This document shows, one piece after another, positions 19,475-27,979 of a stretch of 64,000 nt of DNA. The stretch comes from an uncultured Bulleidia sp. (lineage in GTDB: Bacteria > Bacillota_I > Bacilli_A > Erysipelotrichales > Erysipelotrichaceae): NCBI GenBank assembly GCA_934754415.1, contig CAKVIS010000002.1, positions 17,018 to 81,017 on the forward strand, given 5' to 3'. Within the stretch, counting starts at the first letter, position 1. Every line of letters starts with the position of its first letter. The translations under genes and the position numbers were made by a program. The notes under the pieces are model-generated. The model saw only the letters and a program-made list of their open reading frames with translations. It made no database searches and was not told where the DNA came from.

Positions 19475-20521
19475 ATGAATTTAGATGATATTAAAACTAG
19501 TGATTTTGATTATGACCTTCCTCATGAGCTGATTGCTCAGACACCGTTACCTAACAGAAAGAATTCCAGAATGATGGTCGTTCACATGGATTCTCAGACA
19601 CTGGAACATCGCCATTTTTATGATATCACTGACTATTTTCACGAGGGAGATGTCTTAGTACGTAATAACACAAGAGTACTTCCTGCAAGACTTTACGGCA
19701 CCAAGGAACAGACTGGTGCCCATGTGGAAGTATTACTGTTAAGACAGATGGAAAATGATATCTGGGAATGTCTTGTAGGTAATGCCCATGTCGTAAAAGT
19801 CGGAACCATCATCTCCTTCCATGATGGTCGTTTAAAAGCACAATGTACAGAAATAGGTGACAAAGGCATCCGTAAATTCAAAATGATCTATTCTGGTATC
19901 TTTAATGAGATTCTTGAACAGCTTGGTGAAGTACCGCTTCCTCCCTACATTCATGAGAAATTAAATGACCCTGAAAGATATCAGACAGTGTATTCCAAAG
20001 TAGAAGGAAGTGCCGCAGCACCTACTGCCGGCCTTCACTTTACAGAAGAAATTTTTCAGAAACTGAAAGACAAAGGTGTCACTATCGTAGATGTCACTTT
20101 ACATGTAGGTCTAGGAACATTCAGACCTATGGACACTGAACATGTCAACGACCACGTCATGCATGCTGAAGTCTGCTATATGAGCAAGGAAGCAGCAGAT
20201 ATTCTGAACACCGCAAAAAAAGAGCATAGAAGAATCATTGCTGTAGGAACTACAAGTGTCAGAACTTTAGAGTCTGTATGGAATACCTACGGATGTTTCA
20301 AGGAATGTTCTCTTGAAACAAGATTATTTATCTATCCTGGATATACCTATCACACAATTGATGGCATGTTAACAAACTTCCACTTACCAAAGAGTACCCT
20401 TCTGATGATGATCAGTGCTCTTGGAGGATACGATTTCATCATGTCCGCCTATAAAGAAGCAGTCAAAGAAAAATACAGATTTTTCTCTTTCGGAGACTGC
20501 ATGTTTCTGACACATGAATGA
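19475..20521 (+). CDS. queA: S-adenosylmethionine:tRNA ribosyltransferase-isomerase
   Basis: 348 aa. The N-terminus MNLDDIKTSDFDYDLPHELIAQTP is classic QueA. Confidence 0.95.
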   Translation: MNLDDIKTSDFDYDLPHELIAQTPLPNRKNSRMMVVHMDSQTLEHRHFYDITDYFHEGDVLVRNNTRVLPARLYGTKEQTGAHVEVLLLRQMENDIWECLVGNAHVVKVGTIISFHDGRLKAQCTEIGDKGIRKFKMIYSGIFNEILEQLGEVPLPPYIHEKLNDPERYQTVYSKVEGSAAAPTAGLHFTEEIFQKLKDKGVTIVDVTLHVGLGTFRPMDTEHVNDHVMHAEVCYMSKEAADILNTAKKEHRRIIAVGTTSVRTLESVWNTYGCFKECSLETRLFIYPGYTYHTIDGMLTNFHLPKSTLLMMISALGGYDFIMSAYKEAVKEKYRFFSFGDCMFLTHE

Positions 20522-21209
20522 GAAAGAAAAACAGGAATATCTGGAATACATTCTTTCCAGAAAATCCTCATCCAAACACAACTACCATAAAGAGTGTTTA
20601 AAAGAGCTGGAAAAATTCCAGTCTGTTCACAGTCGTAAACCAAGAGTTCTCTTACATGTCTGCTGTATTGTCTGTGCCTGCTGGCCTATTCAGTTCCTTC
20701 TGGAAAACGGATGTGAAGTGGCTCTGTATTACTACAATCCAAATATATATCCGGAAGAAGAATATCAGCACAGACTCGCTGAAATCAAACGCTATATTCA
20801 TGAACGATATCAGGATTCCATTCCTGTTATTGAAGGAGAATATACATATCCTGTTTACGAATCCACTGTTTTGAAAAATCGCAGCACAGATCCTGAAGGA
20901 TGGAAATCCTGCTTCGGATGTTATGCAGACAGAATGAAAACCGTGTTCCAATATGCCCAGGAAAATAGCTTTGATTACTTTACAACTGTCATGACATTTT
21001 CCAGACAGAAAGATTCTCAGAAACTCAATGAAATTGGGTTACAGTTAGATGCCTTGTTTGAGGATACAAAGTATCTTGTGTCAGACTTCAAAAAAGCTAA
21101 TGGCGCATTGATTTCCGTCGCTATCTGTGATGAGTACAATATATACAGGCAATCCTATTGTGGATGCAGATATTCCAAACTGGAAAGAAAACTGGCGAAT
21201 TCTGATTGA
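20514..21209 (+). CDS. queH: epoxyqueuosine reductase QueH (DUF208)
   Basis: Contains the Cys motifs LLHVCCIVCAC and SYCGCRYS. It sits third in the tgt-queA operon and overlaps the queA stop by 8 nt. Confidence 0.8.
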   Translation: MNEKEKQEYLEYILSRKSSSKHNYHKECLKELEKFQSVHSRKPRVLLHVCCIVCACWPIQFLLENGCEVALYYYNPNIYPEEEYQHRLAEIKRYIHERYQDSIPVIEGEYTYPVYESTVLKNRSTDPEGWKSCFGCYADRMKTVFQYAQENSFDYFTTVMTFSRQKDSQKLNEIGLQLDALFEDTKYLVSDFKKANGALISVAICDEYNIYRQSYCGCRYSKLERKLANSD

Positions 21210-21241
21210 TTCGCCAGTTTTTTTACTGGTATAATGCAGAC

Positions 21242-22006
21242 ATGCAATTACTATGTCCTGTATGTCACCTTCCATTACACAAAGAAGGCAAAAGTATGAT
21301 ATGCGAAAAACATCATACTTTTGATTTTAATAAATCAGGTTATCTGTACCTGTATCAGACAAGCAAAGCCAATCATGGGGATAACCAGGAAATGGTACAG
21401 GCACGTACAGATTTTTTATCTACAGGTGCCTATGCCTTTTTAAAAGAAGAACTAGTCAGACACACTCATGAAGAAGATATTGTGGCAGATCTTGCCTGCG
21501 GAGAAGGGTATTATACCTGCTGTCTTTCAGGCAAAGAGAAATATGGTCTGGACCTTTCCAAAGAGGCTTTAAGACATGCAGCACGTCAGGATAAAACTAC
21601 GCAGTATATCCTTTCCAGTATCTTCGAACTTCCTTTTGAAGATAACAGTGTAAATACCGTCATTACCTGCTTTGCCCCGGTCTCTTCACAGGAAATCCCC
21701 CGTGTATTAAAGCAAGGTGGCACATTTACTTTAGTAACTCCAGGCCCTGAACATCTTTTCGAATTAAAACAGGCCATCTATGACAATCCTTATAAAAATA
21801 TAGTCAAGGACATAGATATTCCTCTGCAGCTCATAGAAGAAAAAACCATTGAACACAGATTTACCGCAGATACCTCTGCATTGTTGTCATTATTCAAAAT
21901 GACCCCTTACGCCTATAAAACAGGAAAACAGGGAATGGAAAAGATTCAAAATCTTTCTTCTTTAAACGTTACAGCACAATTTGTAGTTCGTACATATCAA
22001 AAATAA
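21242..22006 (+). CDS. 23S rRNA (guanine-N1)-methyltransferase RlmA/RrmA-like
   Basis: An N-terminal Zn ribbon (CPVCHLP...CEKHH) is followed by a class I SAM methyltransferase with DLACGEGYY. The start may instead be 21206. Confidence 0.7.
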   Translation: MQLLCPVCHLPLHKEGKSMICEKHHTFDFNKSGYLYLYQTSKANHGDNQEMVQARTDFLSTGAYAFLKEELVRHTHEEDIVADLACGEGYYTCCLSGKEKYGLDLSKEALRHAARQDKTTQYILSSIFELPFEDNSVNTVITCFAPVSSQEIPRVLKQGGTFTLVTPGPEHLFELKQAIYDNPYKNIVKDIDIPLQLIEEKTIEHRFTADTSALLSLFKMTPYAYKTGKQGMEKIQNLSSLNVTAQFVVRTYQK

Positions 22007-22008
22007 GG

Positions 22009-22040
22009 TTCTTCCCTTTTCAGGAAGAACCTTATTTAGT
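22009..22040 (+). terminator. intrinsic terminator after rlmA-like gene
   Basis: The hairpin AGGTTCTTCC-cttttc-AGGAAGAACCT is followed by TATTT. Confidence 0.6.
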
Positions 22041-22475
22041 TCTGTTGATAATCTGTAATGCCGCATTCACCTGATTTTTAAGTTCTTTTAAAAGGATGTC
22101 AGGAGAAACTCCAAGTTTTTCTGCAATACTTGTGACTGTATCTCCCTGGATGTAGGCTTTCCATCCAATAACTCTGTAGGCACGTACCGGAAAGGCATTA
22201 AACACATCCAGAATATATTCCAGACGATTCAGGTACTCCTGTGACTGTTCATCAAGCTGCTTCTTAATATCCATCAATCCCAGACGACAATCATAATTTG
22301 AAGCCCCTTTTGTGCCAGGCAGTTTCTGAAAATCTATGGAATGAACGCCTTCCATACGATATTCAATCCCTCTTTTTGTTTCTAAAATACGATTGATCTT
22401 AGAAATGTAGAAAAAGTAATTACGACATTCAGTTTTAAATTCTCTACATGTTGTAATATTATTCTGCATCATCAT
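22032..22475 (-). CDS. small sigma-70 region-4-like HTH protein (ArpU/RinA-like), copy 2 of a tandem pair
   Basis: 147 aa. The C-terminal HTH reads IQGDTVTSIAEKLGVSPDILLKEL. It is a paralogue of the upstream gene: RIEMEHPSFKQDVQQD in the upstream copy aligns with RGIEYRMEGVHSIDFQKL here. Confidence 0.5.
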   Translation of the reverse strand: MMMQNNITTCREFKTECRNYFFYISKINRILETKRGIEYRMEGVHSIDFQKLPGTKGASNYDCRLGLMDIKKQLDEQSQEYLNRLEYILDVFNAFPVRAYRVIGWKAYIQGDTVTSIAEKLGVSPDILLKELKNQVNAALQIINRTK

Positions 22476-22872
22476 CCAATACCATATGCATCCATTTGTT
22501 CATGGCATATTGCACTTGTCTTCTGGAAAGCCCATAGATATGTGCAACTGCTTCCTGTGTTTCGGATTCCACAAATAAGGTCCACAAAAAGACGCTGGCA
22601 TTCACCCCGCACACCTTTCTGATTTTCTTAAACATGTCATCCACATACGTAACATCTTCTTTTAAAAACTGATACAATTCAAGATCTCCCTTCCCAGAAT
22701 TTTCTTCCAGTCCAATACAAAAGACAGAATCCTGTTGTACATCTTGTTTAAAAGAAGGATGTTCCATTTCAATACGATGCATTTCATCTTTTTCTTTATA
22801 GTATATTCTGCATGCTATCCTGAAAGACGTTAGTTTTTCACGATAGTCTTTTTTCATATTTACTTGTTTCAA
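22459..22872 (-). CDS. small sigma-70 region-4-like HTH protein (ArpU/RinA-like), copy 1
   Basis: 132-137 aa. The C-terminal HTH reads ETQEAVAHIYGLSRRQVQYAMNKW. The start is either TTG 22872 (5 nt after the G9 tract) or ATG 22857. It overlaps copy 2 by 17 nt. Confidence 0.5.
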   Translation of the reverse strand: MKQVNMKKDYREKLTSFRIACRIYYKEKDEMHRIEMEHPSFKQDVQQDSVFCIGLEENSGKGDLELYQFLKEDVTYVDDMFKKIRKVCGVNASVFLWTLFVESETQEAVAHIYGLSRRQVQYAMNKWMHMVLDDDAE

Positions 22873-22877
22873 AGGAA

Positions 22878-22886
22878 CCCCCCCCC
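22878..22886. repeat. homopolymeric C9 (G9 on the coding strand) tract in the RBS/5'UTR of the sigma-like gene
   Basis: Read directly from sequence: aaaggaaCCCCCCCCCgcgatt. On the minus strand an extended -10 TGcTATAAT (22915..22920) lies upstream of the tract. Confidence 0.9.
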
Positions 22887-23027
22887 GCGATTACTCGAAC
22901 TTCTAACTGCTTTTATTATAGCAATCAAACTATTTAATAACCATAAATCTCAGAGAAATACATACTTGTTTTGTTGGCATTTCAGAGATTTTGTACACTC
23001 GAAGGTGAGTATACACTCACTTTTTCA

Positions 23028-24218
23028 TCATCTTACAACGCCCTCTTTTACAGCCTGTTCCTGTACTGCTTTGGAGATAGCAGGAACCACTCTTTCATCA
23101 AACGGAGACACAATAATGTAGTCTCTTCTAAGATCTTTTTCATCTACCAAAGACGCAATAGCTCTGGAAGTAGCAAGCTTCATTCCTTCTGTAATCTTTG
23201 TCGCATGAGCATCCAGAGCACCCCTGAAAACACCAGGGAAAGCAAGAAGATTATTTACCTGGTTAGGATAATCACTTCTGCCTGTTCCTATAATCCATGC
23301 GCCTGCTTCTTTAGCATCTTCATACCTGATTTCAGGTTCAGGATTAGCCATGGAGAAAACTATATTCTTTTCATTCATGCTGGCAACCATTTCTTTTGTC
23401 ACAATACCTGGAGCAGAAACACCAATAAAGATATCTGCACCCTTCATCCCTTCTGCCAATGAACCATATTCCTGGTCATCCAGATTTACATATTCCAGCA
23501 ATTCTTTCTTCAACGAGTTATAGTCTTCTGCATGAGACTTGCATAAACATCCATCAATATCAAAAGCATAAATATGCGTAAACCCATAATTATACAGCAT
23601 ACGGATAATACTGCTTCCAGCAGCTCCTGTCCCTGAAACAACCACCTTCACTTCCTGAGGAGTGGATCCTTTCAGTTTTAATGCGTTAATTAAAGCAGCA
23701 AGGACCACAATGGCAGTGCCGTGCTGGTCATCATGAAAGACTGGAATATGCATTTCCTGAATCAGTCTTCTTTCAATTTCCACACATCTTGGCGCGGAAA
23801 TATCTTCCAGATTGATAGCTCCAAAGCTTGGTTCCAGAGCCTTACATATGGAAATAATCTCTTCTGGATCTTTTGTATTCAGACATAATGGCCAGGAGTC
23901 AATACCTGCAAACCTCTTTAAAAGTAATGCTTTTCCTTCCATTACCGGCATAGCCGCTTCAGGACCGATATCTCCTAAGCCTAATACCGCTGTACCATCC
24001 GTAATAACAGCTACAATATTACCTCTGTCTGTATATACATAGCTGTTTTCAGGATTCTCATGAATTTTTCTGCATGGTTCAGCTACTCCCGGTGTATAGG
24101 CATAGGAAAGATCTTCTGCACTGTCACATGGAACCTTAGGAGCTACACACAGTTTTCCTGCATGTTTCTGATGTAATTCTAATGATTTTTCATAGACTGT
24201 TTTGCTCATATTGCACAC
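23028..24218 (-). CDS. NAD(P)-dependent malic enzyme (short form, YtsJ/MaeA-like)
   Basis: 396 aa with the malic-enzyme motif YTPGVAEPC and a Rossmann GTGAAG. The RBS gaggag lies 9 nt before ATG 24218. Confidence 0.9.
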   Translation of the reverse strand: MCNMSKTVYEKSLELHQKHAGKLCVAPKVPCDSAEDLSYAYTPGVAEPCRKIHENPENSYVYTDRGNIVAVITDGTAVLGLGDIGPEAAMPVMEGKALLLKRFAGIDSWPLCLNTKDPEEIISICKALEPSFGAINLEDISAPRCVEIERRLIQEMHIPVFHDDQHGTAIVVLAALINALKLKGSTPQEVKVVVSGTGAAGSSIIRMLYNYGFTHIYAFDIDGCLCKSHAEDYNSLKKELLEYVNLDDQEYGSLAEGMKGADIFIGVSAPGIVTKEMVASMNEKNIVFSMANPEPEIRYEDAKEAGAWIIGTGRSDYPNQVNNLLAFPGVFRGALDAHATKITEGMKLATSRAIASLVDEKDLRRDYIIVSPFDERVVPAISKAVQEQAVKEGVVR

Positions 24219-24303
24219 TCCTCACGTATTCAGTATACGGTATATATTGTAGTCTATTTTTACCATAAGTGATGCAGGAAGTGCAATCTTATACAAGTTG
24301 ACT

Positions 24304-24909
24304 TTATGCTTCTTTCCACTGAATTTCAACTGTATATTCTCCATCAGGACTTTCCAGCAATTCCTTCAGTATTTTCTCTGCATTCTTTTCTGCTACATCA
24401 AGAACCCCTTTTTCAATAGCACTCTCACAGATTTGTTCCTTTAATTCCTGCTGTGCATCATTCACAAAATCAACAGTTATTCTATTAAAGACATTATCAG
24501 TTTCATCATATTTCTGAAAAGAGTCATTATCGATTTCCACTCCTGTGATTTCCACCTCAGGCAATGTGACCAGTACCTTATCCTCTTCCTGAGTTACTTC
24601 TGCCTGTGTCAGATCTTTAATACCTGCTTTTACCGTACAGTCATAGGAAATAATCATTCCTCTCTCAGCATTAAAAATGTATAAAAATTTTTTCGAGTCC
24701 TTCTTATTCAACACGCTTGTACACAAATAACTTCCAGTATTTAATTCTGCCATTTCATCCAGTTTTTCCTGAATAATAGTCACCGTTGATTTTGTGTTAT
24801 CTTCCACCTGTGTCTGTGATTCCTTGTAAGCATTTACTAAAGACATTCCTATAGCAAAAACCCCTGCAACCGCCAGTAAACGTACAGCATATTCTTTTAC
24901 TTTTTTCAT
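24304..24909 (-). CDS. DUF4230-like membrane-anchored protein
   Basis: Start is taken at MKKVKEYAVRLLAVAGVFAIG, an N-terminal TM anchor. An acidic/coiled C-terminal domain follows. Confidence 0.5.
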   Translation of the reverse strand: MKKVKEYAVRLLAVAGVFAIGMSLVNAYKESQTQVEDNTKSTVTIIQEKLDEMAELNTGSYLCTSVLNKKDSKKFLYIFNAERGMIISYDCTVKAGIKDLTQAEVTQEEDKVLVTLPEVEITGVEIDNDSFQKYDETDNVFNRITVDFVNDAQQELKEQICESAIEKGVLDVAEKNAEKILKELLESPDGEYTVEIQWKEA

Positions 24910-24938
24910 ATTCTTTTTTCTCTCCCGTTTTATTGTCT

Positions 24939-25097
24939 TATAACAATGACGTAAACACTCCAAATCCTCCCAGTGCAATCAGTACGATTCCGATTACGAG
25001 CGGTATCGCTTTTTCTTTACCGACTCTTTTGAATCCATCGAATAGCAAAACTATTCCCATGACGAGAAGAATTGTAAATAAGGTTAATGATGACATA
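24939..25097 (-). CDS. small membrane protein (52 aa, two TM helices), not in the ORF track
   Basis: Own translation: MSSLTLFTILLVMGIVLLFDGFKRVGKEKAIPLVIGIVLIALGGFGVFTSLL. The RBS aaaggag lies 5 nt before the ATG. Confidence 0.4.
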
Positions 25098-25183
25098 CTT
25101 GCTCCTTTCCATGTTTTCTTATGTTTGATGTATAAAAAAACAGTGTTATCTCTTATGTATAGTATACATTGTTTTCATTACAC

Positions 25184-25504
25184 TTATAATGCCTTAATCA
25201 TCTGCTCAGCCTTTTCTATCAGTTCCTGCATTTCCTCCTTTTCTTTATTCAGTGTTTCCACCTGATTTTCCAACTTTGCTTTCAATACTGCATCTGGTGC
25301 ATCAATAATCTCTGTTATTTCTTTCAGGCTGAAACCCAGCTGCTGATAGAACTTGATTTTCGCAATACGCTGTATTGCATTCTCATCATATAGTAAATGG
25401 CCATATTTGTTTCGACCGCTCGCAGACACCAGTCCTGCTTTTTCATATCCCTGTACAGTTCTTCTTGAAATTTCAAATTCCCTACATATTTCTCGCAACA
25501 TCAT
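25184..25504 (-). CDS. MerR-family transcriptional regulator
   Basis: 106 aa. The N-terminal HTH is EICREFEISRRTVQGYEKAGLV, followed by a C-terminal coiled coil. Confidence 0.85.
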   Translation of the reverse strand: MMLREICREFEISRRTVQGYEKAGLVSASGRNKYGHLLYDENAIQRIAKIKFYQQLGFSLKEITEIIDAPDAVLKAKLENQVETLNKEKEEMQELIEKAEQMIKAL

Positions 25505-25522
25505 ATCTATCTTTTCCTTTCC

Positions 25523-25553
25523 AACTTAAAACTGCACGTCACGTGCAGTCAAA
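25523..25553 (-). promoter_or_regulatory. MerR-type promoter with 19-bp spacer and internal dyad operator
   Basis: On the minus strand: TTGACT, then a 19-bp spacer containing the perfect dyad ACTGCACG-tga-CGTGCAGT, then TAAGTT. This is the canonical MerR-family suboptimal-spacer architecture. It lies about 20 nt upstream of the merR ATG. Confidence 0.6.
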
Positions 25554-25681
25554 GCTTTTTCATAAAAGAATTGGCGGGAGTTTCCATTCTTTCTGTTTAG
25601 ATATGTGTATTTTTCGCGAAGCGGCGCATAAAAAAAACATATGTTCTGCTTCTTTGAACATATGTCCTTCTGATTTGTACA

Positions 25682-26113
25682 TTATAGTTTCTGAAGATAT
25701 TCTTCGTCTGTCATACAGCAAATACCGTTTTCTCTGGCAAGCTGTGTAAAGATACCATCCTTTTTAACTACAGTATGAGAAAAAGTACCATCATATACTT
25801 CACCCACACCACAGCTTGGACTTCTTGCCTTCAAAACAGCCATTGTGCAATGTGCTTCCTTACATTTTTCAAGGCATTTCAAAGCCCCCTGCCTGTAATT
25901 TTCCGTCACATCTTTCCCATCCTGTGTAAGAACTTTATCCTGCACTATTTCACTGGGAACTCTTGGTACAGGTAATCCCCCTTCTACTTCAGGGCAGATC
26001 AGAATAGCCTCCTGGGATTCGTAGAGTTTTCTGAGGCTTTCTACTTCATTGGAACCTCCGTTGTATTTACAGTATTTTCCTGCCAGACATGCACTAATCG
26101 CAATCATAGACAT
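25682..26113 (-). CDS. DUF523-family protein (TudS-like [4Fe-4S] protein)
   Basis: 143 aa. The Cys pattern CLAGKYCKYNG...CPEVEGG...SPSCG is typical of DUF523. It overlaps the fumB end by 20 nt. Confidence 0.65.
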   Translation of the reverse strand: MSMIAISACLAGKYCKYNGGSNEVESLRKLYESQEAILICPEVEGGLPVPRVPSEIVQDKVLTQDGKDVTENYRQGALKCLEKCKEAHCTMAVLKARSPSCGVGEVYDGTFSHTVVKKDGIFTQLARENGICCMTDEEYLQKL

Positions 26114-26621
26114 CCTTTCCTGTACAGTCTACACCGACAAAACATGGAAGATCTTCCACTGTCAATCTCGTAATAGCTTCAGATAATAAATCTTCATAGG
26201 CGACCATTTCTCTTTTTTTAACACAATGAGATAATAACGCCCCTGCTCCACCACAGGCAATAAAGTATACAGCATGATGTTGTACAATAGCCTGCTTTAC
26301 TTCAGGGCTTCTTTTTCCTTTCCCAAGCATGCCCTTCAGCCCTCTTTCCAGTAATGAAGGGGTATAGGCATCCATTCTGCTGGAAGTAGTTGGACCTGCA
26401 CTGCCTATGGCACAACCAGGTTTATTTGGAGTAGGTCCCACATAATAAATCATCTGTCCTTCCAGTTCAAAAGGCAGTGGTTTACCGGAAGTAATACATT
26501 CCAGAAGACGTTTATGTGCAGCATCTCTGGCTGTATACATCGTTCCGCTGAGCAACACATATTCTCCTGCCTTCAAAGTGGAGATATCTTCGTCAGATAA
26601 AGGTAATTGTACTCTTTTCAT
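26094..26621 (-). CDS. Fe-S hydro-lyase beta subunit (class I fumarate hydratase / L(+)-tartrate dehydratase beta)
   Basis: 175 aa. It is adjacent to the alpha-subunit gene and shows the typical FumB/TtdB C-terminal domain sequence. Confidence 0.8.
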   Translation of the reverse strand: MKRVQLPLSDEDISTLKAGEYVLLSGTMYTARDAAHKRLLECITSGKPLPFELEGQMIYYVGPTPNKPGCAIGSAGPTTSSRMDAYTPSLLERGLKGMLGKGKRSPEVKQAIVQHHAVYFIACGGAGALLSHCVKKREMVAYEDLLSEAITRLTVEDLPCFVGVDCTGKDVYDCD

Positions 26622-27461
26622 TTAAAACACCAGCCTTTCATGTCTGCAGGCATGACAACATATATTTACAGCTACAGGTAATCCTGCAATATGTGTCGGG
26701 AAGGATTCAATCTGCACTTTCAGTACTGTTGTCTTACCATGCAGCCCCATAGGACCTATCTTAAGTTCATTTGCCTGTTGTGTCAGTTCTTCTTCTAAAC
26801 GAGCATACTCAGGATCTGGATGGGATTGTTCCAGTGATCTTAATAATGCTTTTTTGGATAAGCAGGCACAATAGTCAAATGTACCACCTATACCCACTCC
26901 AACAACCATTGGCGGACAGGCATTGGGACCTGCAAGGCGTATGGTTTCCAGCACAAAATCCTTCACACCCTGTACTCCCTGAGCAGGTTTTAACATAGCA
27001 ACACGAGACATGTTTTCAGATCCAAAACCTTTAGCCATCAGCTCTATTTCCAAAGGACCCGTTTCTTTAAAGGTATAATAAATAATTGCAGGGGTATTGG
27101 TACGTGTATTCACTCTTTTAAACAATGGATCATCCACCACACTGGCACGCAGATAATAGTCTTTATATCCATCTTCTACCCCAAGCTGAATAGCTTCTTC
27201 TAATGCACCACCTTCTATATGCACTTCCTGACTTAAGTGTACATAGGCAATGACCATGCCTGTATCCTGACAGATAGGAATCTGTTCATTTTCAGCAATT
27301 TCAGCATTGTCCAGCAACATATTCACAGCAGTTCTGGAAATGCCATCTTCATTTTCCTTTGCTTTCTTTAAAGCAGCAAGAATGTCCTCATGGTAAACCA
27401 TGGTCATTTTCCCACATGCTTCCTTCACTTTTTCGCGAACTTCTGACACTTTAACATTCAT
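26622..27461 (-). CDS. Fe-S hydro-lyase alpha subunit (class I fumarate hydratase / L(+)-tartrate dehydratase alpha)
   Basis: 279 aa with Cys ligands (ICQDTG, CPP, CC). It is the upstream partner of the beta subunit. Confidence 0.8.
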   Translation of the reverse strand: MNVKVSEVREKVKEACGKMTMVYHEDILAALKKAKENEDGISRTAVNMLLDNAEIAENEQIPICQDTGMVIAYVHLSQEVHIEGGALEEAIQLGVEDGYKDYYLRASVVDDPLFKRVNTRTNTPAIIYYTFKETGPLEIELMAKGFGSENMSRVAMLKPAQGVQGVKDFVLETIRLAGPNACPPMVVGVGIGGTFDYCACLSKKALLRSLEQSHPDPEYARLEEELTQQANELKIGPMGLHGKTTVLKVQIESFPTHIAGLPVAVNICCHACRHERLVF

Positions 27462-27462
27462 A

Positions 27463-27807
27463 TTATTCCAAGCGCTCCTTTATCAAACGATGAATTACCT
27501 CTCTTCCAAAATCTGTCAGATTTTGAATATATCTTAACAGCTCCACATCTTCTGCAGTGATATCATCCATCACAGAGAAAAAGGAAATCGGCACTTTAAA
27601 ATGCTGAGCTAAAAGATGCAGATGATGAACTGAAGGCTCTGCCTTACAGTTTTCATACCTTGAAATCGTCCGGTAATTGATATGAATATCCTCTGCCAGC
27701 TCTTTCTGTGTAATATGCTCATCATGTCGTAATTCTTTCAGTTTACTTGCAAAAAAATCTTGTTCTTCTATAGAACTATACTTGTGGGATTTCTTATCGG
27801 TTCCCAT
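27463..27807 (-). CDS. XRE-family HTH transcriptional regulator
   Basis: 114 aa with the HTH ITQKELAEDIHINYRTISRYE. Its stop is 1 nt before the fumA-like start, making it the first gene of the operon. Confidence 0.7.
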   Translation of the reverse strand: MGTDKKSHKYSSIEEQDFFASKLKELRHDEHITQKELAEDIHINYRTISRYENCKAEPSVHHLHLLAQHFKVPISFFSVMDDITAEDVELLRYIQNLTDFGREVIHRLIKERLE

Positions 27808-27937
27808 GATATTTTCTCCTTTTTTCTTGAATATTATTGATTATCTGCAGGATCATTAATATACGATTAATTATAGAGTATTTCTATATTTTTGACCATA
27901 TGAATTTGCAATCTCTGCATCAGAGTGCTAATATGTA

Positions 27938-27964
27938 TTAGCAGTCAGAACACTCGAGTGCTAA
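27938..27964 (+). promoter_or_regulatory. CIRCE operator (HrcA binding site) upstream of htpG
   Basis: TTAGCAGTC-N9-GAGTGCTAA against the consensus TTAGCACTC-N9-GAGTGCTAA, with one mismatch. An extra GAGTGCTAA half-site lies at 27923..27931. A candidate sigmaA promoter (TTGCAA, 17 bp, TAATAT) sits at 27905..27933. Confidence 0.75.
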
Positions 27965-27979
27965 AAGGAGGCAAACTAT

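Noticed and set aside
23004-23024. The palindrome plus T5 as the intrinsic terminator of the malic-enzyme gene.
   Set aside because: The malic-enzyme gene is on the minus strand. On that strand the hairpin is preceded, not followed, by the U-run.
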